A stretch of 64,000 bases of DNA, from contig NC_083449.1 of assembly GCF_020745735.1 (NCBI RefSeq), forward strand, positions 7,972,923-8,036,922, given 5' to 3'. The stretch is from Hemiscyllium ocellatum. Taxonomy: Eukaryota. The translations under genes were made by a program, and so were the position numbers. Shown here piece after piece: positions 25,805 to 37,924 of this stretch. The notes under the pieces were generated by a model. That model searched no databases, was not told the DNA's origin, and saw nothing but the letters and a program-made list of their open reading frames with translations. Position 1 is the stretch's first letter. The number at the start of each line of letters is the position of its first letter.

Positions 25805-25886
25805 CTGCTGTTTGTTAGAAGGAACTGATTACACTTGGCTTTGTACCGAGGACATATTACACTGTCTTGGTCCTTCAAGTAACTGT
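25805..25886 (-). ncRNA. Putative repeated non-coding exon (82 nt)
   Basis: TCTGTTCTGTCTTCCTCCAG| acceptor and CAGCAG|GTATGT donor. Confidence 0.5.
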
Positions 25887-26109
25887 CTGGAGGAAGACAG
25901 AACAGACATCGTTTGTAAATCAATATTAAGTCAATGTAATAATTTAATAATCATTATGCTTTTTTTTTGCCTTCCAGACAGCGATTCCAACAGGACCGCT
26001 GATTCTATTCTTGGCTTGAACTGCTCTTTAGTGATTGTATCAAAAAAAATCTGTATCAATTCACTGAGGACCATCTCTACAAATGGGATAATCTGATGCC
26101 AGTGTATGT

Positions 26110-29050
26110 CTGGATATGAAAGTTTCCTTATCTATCCAGAGCTGTCAGTTCCTGCTCAGTGAATGTGTGAGGACAATTATCAACATGTACCTGTTAAATG
26201 CTGCGCTGTGAATATCGGAGTGTAATTATCAAACTGTAATTATCAATCCATATAATCTGTGCAAATATGCGAGTGAATACAGCTATCAATCTGTCCCTGT
26301 CAATCTCTGGTAAATATATTTACATTTTCTCATCACAGAGACAAATAGGGACAGACTGATAACTACACTCATACATTCACATAGCATAAACTGACAGGTG
26401 CAGAATGGTAACTGAACTCATGTATCCACATAGAGGAAACTGCCAGGGACTGGTTGATAAATACATTTCATACATTTTAAATAGGATCAATCCCTATGTG
26501 TTTCTCCATTGTGGATATGCGAGTTTATTATCTATACATACCTGTCAGTTTCTGCACTGTGAATGTGTGTGTTTGCCTATCAATCTGTCCCTAACAGTTT
26601 CTGCTGTGTGTCTGAGAGTGCAGTTATCAACCTGAACCGATCAGTTTCAGCTATGAGAACGTGAGTTTCGCTATTAGTCTCTACCTGTCAGTTTCTGCTG
26701 TATGAATATTAAATACAGTCATGAATTTTTACCCATCACTTTCTTCTGTGTGAATGTAGGTATTGATCTCCAACTGTTAGTTTAAGGTCTACCAATGTGT
26801 GAGTGCAATTATCAAACAGTACCGGTCAGGTTTTGCTATTTGACACCAGAGCATCATTGTCAATCTGTTTCAACTATGTAAATATGACAGTGGAGATACC
26901 AATCTGTCCCTGTCGGTTTCTTCCCTGTCAATATGTGAATACAGTTATTGATCACATTCTGCTCTGTGAATGTGGGTGTATTAATCAAACTACAGCTGTC
27001 AGCTTCAGTGATGTGAATGTGGGAGTACAGTTATCATTCTCTACTTGTCAACTTCTTCTTTGTCAAATTGAGTGTAACTGGCAATCTGCACCTTTCAGAC
27101 TCTGACAAGTATATTTATGTATTCAAACAGCAATCAGTAGCTGTCAGTTTCTGCTTGGTGAATATGTTTGTGTAATTGACAATCCTTCCAGTTTCTACTA
27201 TGTAAATGTGAGAGCTGAGATTTCACCTGTCGATATCAGTTTCTACTTTGTGAATGTGAGAGTTTAGTTATCAATTTTTCTGTCAGGCTCTGTAATGTCA
27301 GTGTTTGAGTGTATTTATTCATCTTTTCCTGTCAGTCAGTTTGTGTGACTGTATTTATCAACCTGTACCTCTCAGATTCTGCTCTCAGAGTGTAGTCATC
27401 CATTTGATTTGGTCTGATTTATTATTCTCACATGCACTGAGATACAATGGAAAGTATTGCTTTGTGCACTTTATGGGCAGATAATATCATACAAAATGCA
27501 TCAGGATAATAGATCAGAATCCGCAATACAGTATTAAAGCTGCAAAGAGAGAGAGATTAACATTAAAGTTTGAGCAAGATTAGAGTGGTGTTGGGAAAGC
27601 ACAGCACGTCAGGCAGCACCCGAGGAGCAGGAAAATCAATGTTTCAGGCAAAAGCCTTTCATCAGGAATGTCAGAAACATCAATTTTCCTGCTCCTTGGA
27701 TGACCTGCTGTGCTTTTCCAGCACCACTCTAACCTTGACTCGAATCTCCAGCATCTGCAGTACCCACTTTCACCTTAAAATTTGAGCAGTCCATTCAAAG
27801 GTCTGATAACAGCAGAGAAGCTGTTCTTGAGTTTGTTGGGTGGTGTATTCAAACTGCTGTATTTTCTAGTGGTAGCTAGGAAAATATTAGTTTTTCTACA
27901 AAAGATAGGATGGGTAGAAGGGTGATGAGTAAAAGACAGATGGAGAGAGAGTCCAAAGAAAGAAGAACAGTAGGACAGAGAAAGGAATGGATAACTGTCA
28001 GACTAAGTGGGTGAATAGCCTATTAACAGGACCTGTTAGTGGCTCACAATTGGTTGTGTATAATAGCAGACCATATGTTTACAAGGCCGGATGTATGGGA
28101 TTTTGGGTAATGACATGGGAGAGCTCAAAACCTGTAGTTGGTGAACTCAATATTGAGTTCAGAAGACTGTCGAGATCCCAAGCAGAAAATGAGGTACTGT
28201 TCTTCCAGCTTGCACTGAGCTTCACTGGAGCATTACAGCAAGCCCGATACAGAGATCTTGGCCAGGGAACAGGGTGGTGTGTTGAAGTGACAGGCAACTG
28301 AAAGCTCAGGGTCTTTTTGACTGGACAGAATGACGGCATTCTGCAAAGTGGACACCCAATCTACACTCAGTTTCCCCAACATAGAGGAGATCACACTGTG
28401 TGCATCTTCATCAGTTCTGAGGACTGGTCACGAGACGGTTGATTTTCCACTAATTTTTGTTTTATTATCAACCTCTACCTGCCAGTTTCTTCCACGTGAA
28501 TATGAGAGTGTCGTTATCAAAGTGTACACGTAAATTTATGTGATTTGAAATTGGAAGCATAATCAATCTATTCCTGTCAGTTTCTGCTTTACGAATATGA
28601 GAGTGCAGTTATCAATCTTTCTCTGGAATTTACTGCCACCTGTATGTGTGAGTTATTAACCAACCTGTCCCTGTCAGATTCTGCTCTGTGCATCTGAGAG
28701 TGCACAGAGCATAGTCTGTATCTATCAGCTTCTTGTTTATACGTGTGGAAATTCATTTATCATACTGTATCTGTCAGGTTTTGCTATACGAATGTGTTAG
28801 TCTCGTTATCAGCCTGTACCTGTCATATGTGTGTGCGCGTGATTATTGTTCTCTCCCTTTCAGTTTCTGCAATGTGAATCTTGAGAGAGCAGATATCAAT
28901 CAATGCCTGTCAGTTTTGGTTGTGTCCAAATAAGCGTTTAGGATTTGATGTAAACATGTAAGTTTCTGCTGTGCCCATGTGTGAATTTAGGACTTGATCT
29001 GTACATGCCAGTTTCTGCTGTGTGATGGCGAGAGTGAAGTTCTCAATGAG
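26110..29050 (-). repeat. Degenerate ~47-49-bp minisatellite arrays (26110-27400, 28460-29050) split by Penelope relics
   Basis: Recurrent GTTATCAATCTGT(A/C)CCTGTCAGTTTCTGC; Penelope pieces at ~27575-27775 and ~27900-28400. Confidence 0.75.
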
Positions 29051-29149
29051 TTCCAGTCACTTTTAACTCTTCTACATCAAAGTTGCTCAATTCTCTGGCA
29101 GCCAATAATATTCTAAGAGTCTACTGATGTCTATGAATCTATTGTTGAA

Positions 29150-29325
29150 TGCTAGAAAAACTCATCTGGTTCAGTAATGTCCTTGAATGAAGGAAACTGC
29201 CATCCTTCCCTTGTCTGGCCTGCATGTGACTGCACACACATCAATGTGGCTGCAAAGGATATTTGGGCATGGGCAATAAATGCTGGCCCAGTCAGTGATG
29301 CCCGCATCCCAGAATGAATTAGAAA
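29150..29325 (+). mobile_element. Old retroposon 3' tail relic
   Basis: GGGCAATAAATGCTGGCC..GATGCCCGCATCCCAGAATGAAT resembles an ancient SINE/LINE tail; family not certain. Confidence 0.4.
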
Positions 29326-30807
29326 AAAATTCTGTGACTGTGATTCAATCTGCGATAATCGTGTTCAGGGTGTTGAGATTGGGCCTTAATCTCCAATGCA
29401 TTTTGTGACTTATGATTCAGTCACAGAATTGAAACAACCATTCAGCCTGTTGTGTGCACTGGAACATTCTATTCTTTCTGTTCTCCATACTAGTTTCCAC
29501 TAACTGTTGGGATTCTAATCTTCATTCACTCACTCGCTGCCAGTGTCTCGGTGTAAATGCCAATTTAAGATTAGTTCTGCAGTTATCGGCCTTTGAATAC
29601 CTATAGTGCCAGTTTTGCTCTGTGTGCAACAGTGACCAGTCAAGGAAAGGATGTTATTCTCTTTCTATGTTCGGTTGTGCTTTTTTCAGTCAGGGTCTAG
29701 GATAAACCCATTCAATATTTGATAAACTTGTATGATTGAAGGATTAGTGTTGGTTCAATACTTATCTTTACAAAGAATCTGAATTTTATTGTATTCAATC
29801 TCCATTTTCTTTTTTTGTGTGTATGCACTAGTCTTTGTCAGTTGCTGCTGGTCACTGCAATAATGTGACATCTAACACTAACATCTTCTGAAGCATTTAA
29901 TAATTTGGTCAGTCAATTTATGACTGTTCATATCTGTAAGTGCTTGTGGGCCTAAATTACCTTATTCTCCCTTTAACCATTAATAGGCTGAATGTGAGTG
30001 AGTTTTCTGTTGTGCTGCCAATCTGTACCACTTTGAAGAGTGGTACTGTTCTATATCACACCGACATCGTCTGTATATCTCCTTGTGTTTCCAGTCCGAC
30101 ATGTACTTTATGAGGTGGGTTTCATGTCTTATCAATTAGTGTTTCATAGATCAGAAAGTATGGAAATGCTTCTGCATTACTCAGGCCCTCAGGAGTATGG
30201 ATGAATTGTATTTTCATCAACACCAGGCTGAGAGACAGACAGACAGACAAAGACAGATGTGTATGCACATGTGTGAATGAGCTTTAAGCATCCTCTCCAG
30301 AAGCATCCTCTGTAGATCAGGCTTGATCAAGAGGTTCATTTGGAATTTACATTGCTTGGTTATTGTCTCTATACTGGACAACTATTTATCAAAAGAATAA
30401 TTTCGTCCTGCTCTGTTACTCAATGTCCAACTTTGCTTCAAAATCTGGACTCAATATCAACTCTATATATACTTGTTACAACAATGTAACAGCATGATTG
30501 ATTATAACTTTAAAAATGCCTTTTCTACATATGGATTTGATGCAGTTCAAATGTATGTTTATTACAAGCATACAGTCTAACCTGCTTCTAATCTTACAAA
30601 TGGTAATTGGCTTTGAATAATGGAATTTATCGTCACTGAGGTGGTATGCATTGAGAACTGGGTGAAATCATATAGATTTATACATCGTCAGTTGAGTTTA
30701 ACTCTTGGATTGAATGTGTACTTCCGGAAATGGAGCTCAATGTGTGTCTGACTCAATCCACTCAGACAGTGGAAAGGACCTTCTCCTCTCTGACAGTGGT
30801 AACATAC

Positions 30808-30862
30808 CTGCTGGGTGTGAGAAGCAGCTGGTCACTCTTGGATTGAGCCATCAAATATTTGC
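30808..30862 (-). ncRNA. Putative repeated non-coding exon (55 nt, internal deletion)
   Basis: TCTCTTTCGTCTTTCTCCAG| acceptor and CAGCAG|GTATGT donor; 792-nt intron from the donor at 31654. Confidence 0.5.
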
Positions 30863-31305
30863 CTGGAGAAAGACGAAAGAGACAGTTCCTGTAAATCACC
30901 AGCAGCTGAGTAGGAAGACATCAAATGATCAATGTCATTCAGGTCATGATCATTATAAATCTTTGTTTTGAACAAGGTAAGGTGAATAGTATAGACCCTG
31001 GTTCCACTCGAGCCCTGAGCACCTTCGAGTATTTTTTCTATTTGCGAAATTCAAAAATATTTTACTTTGATATGAATAAACTAACAACATATGCACAGCT
31101 CCACAAATGTAATGATTACACAGTTCAATATCCAACTCCCAATACACCGCCTGTTGAAAGACGAACACTGGACACGATTTCACATACTTTGAGACGTTTC
31201 CCGGTACCTGCTATATTTACCCTTCACAGGATAATCACATTTGATTCTACTGTCCTTTATTTCAACGTCTATTCGCAACAACAAGTGTGAAACAGAAGTC
31301 AAACA

Positions 31306-31755
31306 ATGAATTCCCATCAGTGTTTAGGGGATTGTAAACCACAAGAATGTCCCACAGCAGCTTCTTCCCGCTCTGCCTCCCTCAGCAGGCCCACACACAG
31401 CCCGAGAAAGGCCTCTCTCTTCCCCCCAGCCCGCTCACTCCAAGTTCCGGGACCAGTTCCTGCTCCGCTCGGCCTCTTACAAACAGCCCCCGGTTCTCCC
31501 TGAACTCACCCCGAATCAATCCCGGTCTCGGAGCCCCCTCTGTGTCCCAGGCTCCCATCCCGATGTGCTGCTGGAAGGAGCCTGCTGTTCCCTCGCTTCC
31601 CTGGGCGCTGATCTCTCCATTGCGGTCTGTTTCAAACAAACCTCTTGCACTCACTGAGTAAATGCTCCTCAATGGCAGCGCTGGGGGAGGGCCTCACGCA
31701 TGCGCTCCTCTAGCCATGAGCCATCAGCATGGGGGACATTGCGCATGCGTTGTTT
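31306..31755 (-). promoter_or_regulatory. GC/CpG-rich promoter and exon-1 module with two NRF1 motifs, leftward
   Basis: ACGCATGCGC at 31696-31705, TGCGCATGCGT at 31740-31750, donor CA|GTGAGT at 31654; near-identical inverted copy at 41703-42066. Confidence 0.6.
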
Positions 31756-32577
31756 TCCCGCTGCTTCCCAGCAACAAACATCAATTGGTCATTTCCCCAA
31801 TTCCCTTTTCTCCCAGTTTGACCAAAGCAACTGGAGTTATGAGGGAAAGGGCAGAGAAGGTTTCAAACTGGGACATTGCCCTTTTATGAAGCTCCAATGG
31901 TGCTCATTCCCGGGTCATGTTAATAACATCTCCCTCCGGCTCTCTCACAATCTGATCAGGGAGCGGAGAAGGTGGCGGACACTCGGCCCATCCCCTGTGC
32001 TCCCCATTCGATAACATCACGTCTGATCGAATGTTTACTGTGGTATATAATTCTGCTGACCCCTCACCCACAAACATTAACTCCTTGCCCAAAGTAAAGA
32101 TGGAATAAGTGGAGCATTCCTACAAAGGCAGAAAATTACTGATGGAGAGAGTTTTACATCTCTCTTGCTTATTTCGGGATCAGGAGGTCCGTGCACAAGT
32201 CAGACCAGGTGTGCAATAACATCTCTGGGACTCGGTTTAGTTTGTAGTGGATGACAGATTTTAGTGTCAGGTATGCTGCAGACAGAAGCCTTGCGATGTA
32301 TTGTATGTCACAACGAGAGACCCCAGCTGTTTTTGTTCATTCATTCCTGGGACGTGGATGCCGCTGGCTGAGCATTGATTCTCCAGCCGTTTGAGAAGGC
32401 GGTTGTGAGCCACCTTCTGGAACAGCCGTTGTCCATGTGCTGCCCACAATGCCATGAACACGGAGTTCCAGGGTCTTGATCCAGTGACCGTGAAAGAACG
32501 CAGTTTTCTTTCCAAGTCATCATGGTCAGTGGAGGGGACCTTGTCCGATATCAAGGCGGCGTTCCCTGACATCAGCT

Positions 32578-32685
32578 GGGGTTGGACTGGGGTGTACAAC
32601 GTTGAAAATCACACAACACCAGGTTATAGTCCAACAGGTTTAATTGGAAGCACACTAGCTTTCGGAGCGACGCTCCTTCATCCCT
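32578..32685 (-). mobile_element. Short Penelope-derived insertion with a 16-bp target-site duplication
   Basis: TTCCCTGACATCAGCT at 32562-32577 and 32686-32701; the insert matches the 14884-14970 family. Confidence 0.8.
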
Positions 32686-33029
32686 TTCCCTGACATCAGC
32701 TACCTTTAACCTTTTAGATGGAAGTCGTCGCGATTTGGAAGGTCCTCCTTTTACAAATTACAAAACTTGAATTTTTTTTTCAGCGGCACAGACAGACGTC
32801 TTTCCGGCCGACAGCGAGAAATCAGAATAGTGTGCTGCCCCCCGCCCCCGGTAACTGGATCAAGGATATCTCGGAGAGAGTGCACGATAATTACAAAGAG
32901 ACGTACACATTGGAACTAACTACACAGGATGAGATTCCGAAAGAAGAATAAGGAAGAGAGGCAAGAATTTAGAAAGGAGGTCTTCTCCTAGATTACTCCC
33001 GCTACTACGAGCGAGGGAGGGAAGGAATA

Positions 33030-34760
33030 GGATGGTAGAGCAGAGGAAAGTGCAACTCAGGAGCTGGTGCAGGGGAGAGGTGTTCCCATTTTTTGGATCA
33101 TTGGAATTTCTTCTGGGGAAGAAATGACCGGTATAAAAAGGAAATGAATTGGAAGTGTTCTAATATACTGGTAGGGACATTTCCTTGAGCTGCTGGGAAG
33201 GGGTTAAATTGGTAAGGTGTGGGGATGGGGGGAGGTCAGTGGGAATCAGGGAGATAGTGAACAGAGATATCAATCTGAGACTGGCAGACAGGAACATAGC
33301 AGAGAATGAGGTAGGGTTGATAACTTAAGCTGCATTTATTTCAATGCAAGAGGCCGAACAGGGAAGGAGGATGAACTCAGGACATGATTAGGAAAATGGG
33401 ATTTGAATTGGGATATCATAGCAATTACAGAGACATGGTTTGGGGATGACACAACTGGCAGTTTAATGTTCCAAGAGCCGATTGTTATAGGAAGGATGGG
33501 GGGAGGGGTCAGCAAGAGAAAATGGGGAGTGACATGTTTGGTAAGAGATAAGATCACACCTTTTCTTAGGGAGGATATTCCTGGATTATATCATGGAAAT
33601 TATTTGGGTGGAACTGAGAAATAAGAAAGGGTTTGATCACCTTATTGGGATTGGACTGCAGACATCCCAACAGTCAGCAAGAAATTGAGAAACAAGTTTG
33701 TCAGGAGATCTTAGATCTGCAGGAATAATGGTGTGGTTATGGTGAGGGATTTTAACATTCCAAACATAGATTAGGCTTGCCATATTGTTAATAGTTTAGA
33801 CAGAGAAAAATATCTTAAGTGTGTACAAAAAAAAATTCTGACTCAGTATATGAATGTACTTTGTAGACAAGGTGCAAACCTTGACCTACACCTGGGATAT
33901 AATGATGTGTCACTGGGGACCATAATTTTATTAGTTTTAAAACTGTGATGGAAAAGGGTGGACCAGATCGAAAAATTAAATTTCTAATTTGGATTAAGGG
34001 GAATGCGAGGATTGCAGATGCTGGAGATCAGAGCTGAAAATATGTTGCTGGAAAAGTGCAGCAGATCAGACAGCATCCAAGGAGCAGGAGAATCGACGTT
34101 TCGGGCATGAGCCCTTCTTCAGGAATGAGGAAAATGTGCCTAGCAGGCTAAGATAAAAGGTAGGGAGGAGGGACTTTGGGGAGGGGCGTTGGAAATGCGA
34201 TAATTTGAAGTAAGGCCAATTTTGAGGGTACTATGCAAGAATTTTAAACATTAACTGAGGTCAGATATTCACAGGCAAAGGGAAGGCTGAAAAATGGGAA
34301 GCCTTCCAAACTGAGAAAAAGAGGGTCCAGAGACAGTATGTTCCTGTTCGGGTGAAAGGCATGACTGGTAGGTGTAGGAAGTGCTGCATGAGAAAACAAG
34401 TTGTGGTTTTGGCCCAAATAAGAAGGAAGCATATATTAGTTAAATACAGAAGAGGCTGAGTGAACCCTTCAAAAAGTATAAAGGCAGTTGGGAAAAACCT
34501 AAGAAGGAAATCAGGAGCACAAAAAAGGGACATAACATAGCTTTGGCAAATAGTGTTAAGGAGAATTCAAATGGATTTTCATAAATACATGAAGGTCAAA
34601 AGGGTAACCAGGGAAAGAGTAAGGCTGCTTTGTTAATCTTTGCTGAGCCCATGTGTGGAACAACAAGAAATGTGGAGATACTAAGTGAGTGCTTACTGAG
34701 GACAAGAAATTGGAAGGTATGGAATGTGGGAAAATAAATGGTGACATCTTGAAAAAAAAA
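33030..34760 (+). mobile_element. Degenerate CR1 (ORF1 end and endonuclease) with a nested Penelope pLTR (~34000-34200; hammerhead 34091-34126, minus)
   Basis: WDIIAITETW motif; minus strand ATTCCTGAAGAAGGGCTCATGCCCGAAACGTCGATT. Confidence 0.75.
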
Positions 34761-35039
34761 CCAAGGGCCATAAAGACCCCAAACCCTTCAGCAAACCGGC
34801 TAAAAGCCTGATTATGGTACGCTGCGCATGGTTTCATGGACTTGTTAGTTTTCATGGAGGGTTAGTTGGAAGACACACGGCTTTCAGTGGCAGTGATTAA
34901 TACATTGCGTTGAACGTTAAGCAATTTTTTACACAATATATTAGGCAGGGGGTTGTTAATTCCGGATGAAATCTCCTCTCTCTTCATCGTCTGCCTTGCT
35001 GTTCCCGCGAGCTGTAACTATATGCTCATTGCTGGGAAA

Positions 35040-37140
35040 ACATCAATCGTTTTCTTTCAAATTTGAAAATTCCCGCCACGATGTAGATCAGAGAAGTTAA
35101 AAATCACACAACACCAGGTTATAGTCCAACAGGTTTAAATGGAAGCACACTCGCTTTCAAAGACATCCACCAGATGAAGGAGAGGCGCTCCGAAAGCGAG
35201 TGTGCTTCCAACTAAACCTGTTGGACTATAACCTGGTGTTGTGTGTTTTTTAACTTTGTGCACCCCAGTCCAACACCGGTATCTCCAAATCATGACTAGA
35301 TCAGAGAAGGCCGTTTTACGGAAAGGATTCGAGATTCTCTTCGGAGGGAAGGTTCAGACTCAATGGGCCGATTGCCCTCATTCAGTCTTGTCAGGATTTC
35401 ATGAACATTCTTGGCCGTGAGCGCATTAATTATCCCATAGATATCATTTTATTATCGTGCTCCCCCATTGCTAAAGCTTCACATGAATTATTCCAATCCG
35501 GCAATTGTTCTGATTTGATCTCGGTTCATTTTGAAAGCTTCCAACCGACAGCAGAAAGCCTCATTTACATCATTCAATCATCATTACCACCCACCAACCC
35601 ACGCGGAGTTTTGGAAATTGAAAAATCAGTGTGTAATGTATCTACCCGTGGGTCTGTAAGAAAAGGGACACTTCTTTTGTTTCCCAGTGGTGACACTCAG
35701 GGCTCACATTCCAACCGGGGCTTATAGCTCCTGGAATAATCAAATATTAGAGAGTAACTTGAATAAATAGCAACAAACAGACAAAAAAAGATTCACTAGT
35801 GTTTAATATGCTCCCAAGAGACAGTGAGTAGAGAGGGCACGTTCCTTTCTCTTGAAGCCAGCGCCAAATCATCAACAACTTTCCCTCCCATATGAAAAGC
35901 CCGCCGATTTACAAACAACGGAGTATGTTTTACATCGAAAAAGAGGACGTCGTTCAGAGGAGAATCCATCAATATTTGTTACTTCGGTTACAAATATATA
36001 CTTCAGACAAAGTTAAAAATCACACAGCACCAGGTTATCGTCCAACATGTTTAATTGGAAGCACACTCGCTTTCGGAGCGTCGCTCCATCAGGTGCTTGT
36101 CTCTGGAAGCGAGTGTGCTTCCAATTAAAACTTAGACTTAGACTTACAGTGTGGAAACAGGCCCTTCGGCCCAACAAGTCCACACCGACCCGCCGAAGCG
36201 CAACCCACCCATACCCCTACATTTACTCCTTACCTAACACTACGGGCAATTTAGCATGGCCAATTCACCTAACCCGCACATCTTTGTGACTGTGGGAGGA
36301 AACCGGAGCAAACCCACGCAGACACGGGGAGAACGTGCAAACTCCATACAGTGTCTGAGTCGGGAATTGAACCCGGGTCTACAGGCGCTGTGAGGCAGCA
36401 GTGCTAACCACTGTGCCACCGTGCCGCCCTAACTGTTGGACTATAACCTGGTGTTGTGTGATTTTTAACTTTGTACACCCCAGTCCAAGACCGGCATCTC
36501 CAAATCATACTTCAGACAATCTCTCTCGCTCATCCATTTGCCTAACTGCATTTACCTCTTTCTACTTTTGTTCCTTTGCTGGACCTGAAGAACTGGCAGA
36601 AACAAAAACGAGGGCCAAGAACCGCAATATGCAATTAATCTCTTCATTTCACATTTCAACAACACTCCGGTATGTTGAATAAACATCACAGAATGTTCTT
36701 CCGGGTGATCATAGTAATCGTGTTTAATGTTGCCTAGTCTTTCTGCACTAATTCTGACATCAGCAAAAGCTCCATATTTGCCATCCCAACCCTGCAGCTG
36801 CTCTGGTTTGATCTCGCTTCATTTTGAAAATCTCTCACCGACAGCAAAAAGCCTCATTTATAGTAATCTGCAATTAGTCATTACAGCGTCAGGGATTCAG
36901 GTTCGAGTCCCCCTGGCGTAGAACTCAAGACATAGACGGCCAGTCGTAAGATGCACCTGCTCCTTGTATTCAAAGACGGAGCACATTTCTTTTTCGTTTG
37001 CCTGGGGTGATAGTCACCGTTCATATCCCACCGTGAATGGTGGCTCCGGAACTGAGCAAGTGTTAAAGTGTAACTTCAAGAAATAGAAACAGCTGAAAAA
37101 TGGCTCACTAGTGCTCATATGCTCCACAGCAAGGGAAAAC
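35040..37140. other. Histone-spacer and H2A-promoter relics without coding sequence, plus palindromic Penelope inserts (~35095-35295, ~36010-36510)
   Basis: 35470-35570 and 36765-36860 match 4057-4145; 35860-35935 matches 3635-3710. Confidence 0.6.
36132..36429 (-). mobile_element. V-SINE (HE1-type), young, nested in a Penelope-derived palindrome
   Basis: Near-identical to the reverse complement of 2479-2792. Confidence 0.9.
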
Positions 37141-37370
37141 GGGACTGAAGACACAATAATTAAATAATGTGCAATAATAAAAAATATGCATTATGAATAG
37201 ACAGATGCAGAATAAAAGTAACTTCAACAATGAGACATTTGGTTTCTACTTGAACGTAGACAGAGATACCACGGAAACCTAAGCAAGGAAACATCCTACA
37301 CTGACTGACAGGAGCAGTTTTTATTTTAAATAAGCTGATCTGTCCATTGCTACATGATAGTTTTACCCTG

Positions 37371-37462
37371 ATTCCTGAAGAAGGGCTCATACCTGAAACG
37401 TCGATTCTCCTCTTCCTTGGATGCTGCCTGACCTGCTGCGCTTTTCCAGCAACACATTTTCT
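37371..37462 (+). mobile_element. Penelope pLTR fragment beginning at a hammerhead motif (37371-37406)
   Basis: ATTCCTGAAGAAGGGCTCATACCTGAAACGTCGATT; flanked by a GTTTTAC(C/A)CTGAT duplication. Confidence 0.7.
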
Positions 37463-37924
37463 GTTTTACACTGATACTCTGTACAACAGGTTGTGATTGC
37501 CTTTTATTCATCTGAATCACATAATTGGTACAGCAGCCATTTATCCCATTCTATTCTTTAACTGTTCTGCATACAAGTTTCTAGTAATAGCTGGGATTCT
37601 GAACTATATACTCGTCTGCTCTCCTCTTCCTTCACCCACAGACTAAGCAAAAGGTCAGAATTCACAAAATGCTTAGAGATGAAGTTTAAGACCCCGTTTC
37701 AACATCCTCATAACTTCTCTAATGGAATAAATCACAGTCACGGAAAACATTAGTGACTGCCAGAGAATTAACCCAAATTGGTACACAAGAGTAGAAGCTG
37801 ATTTGTACAGATTGAGAACGTCACTCTCACAGTCACACAGCAGAAACAGACTATGCTGCTCCCACATATTCACATTGTAGAAGCTGACAGAGAGAGAGAA
37901 TGGTAGTTACATATACATCCTCAT

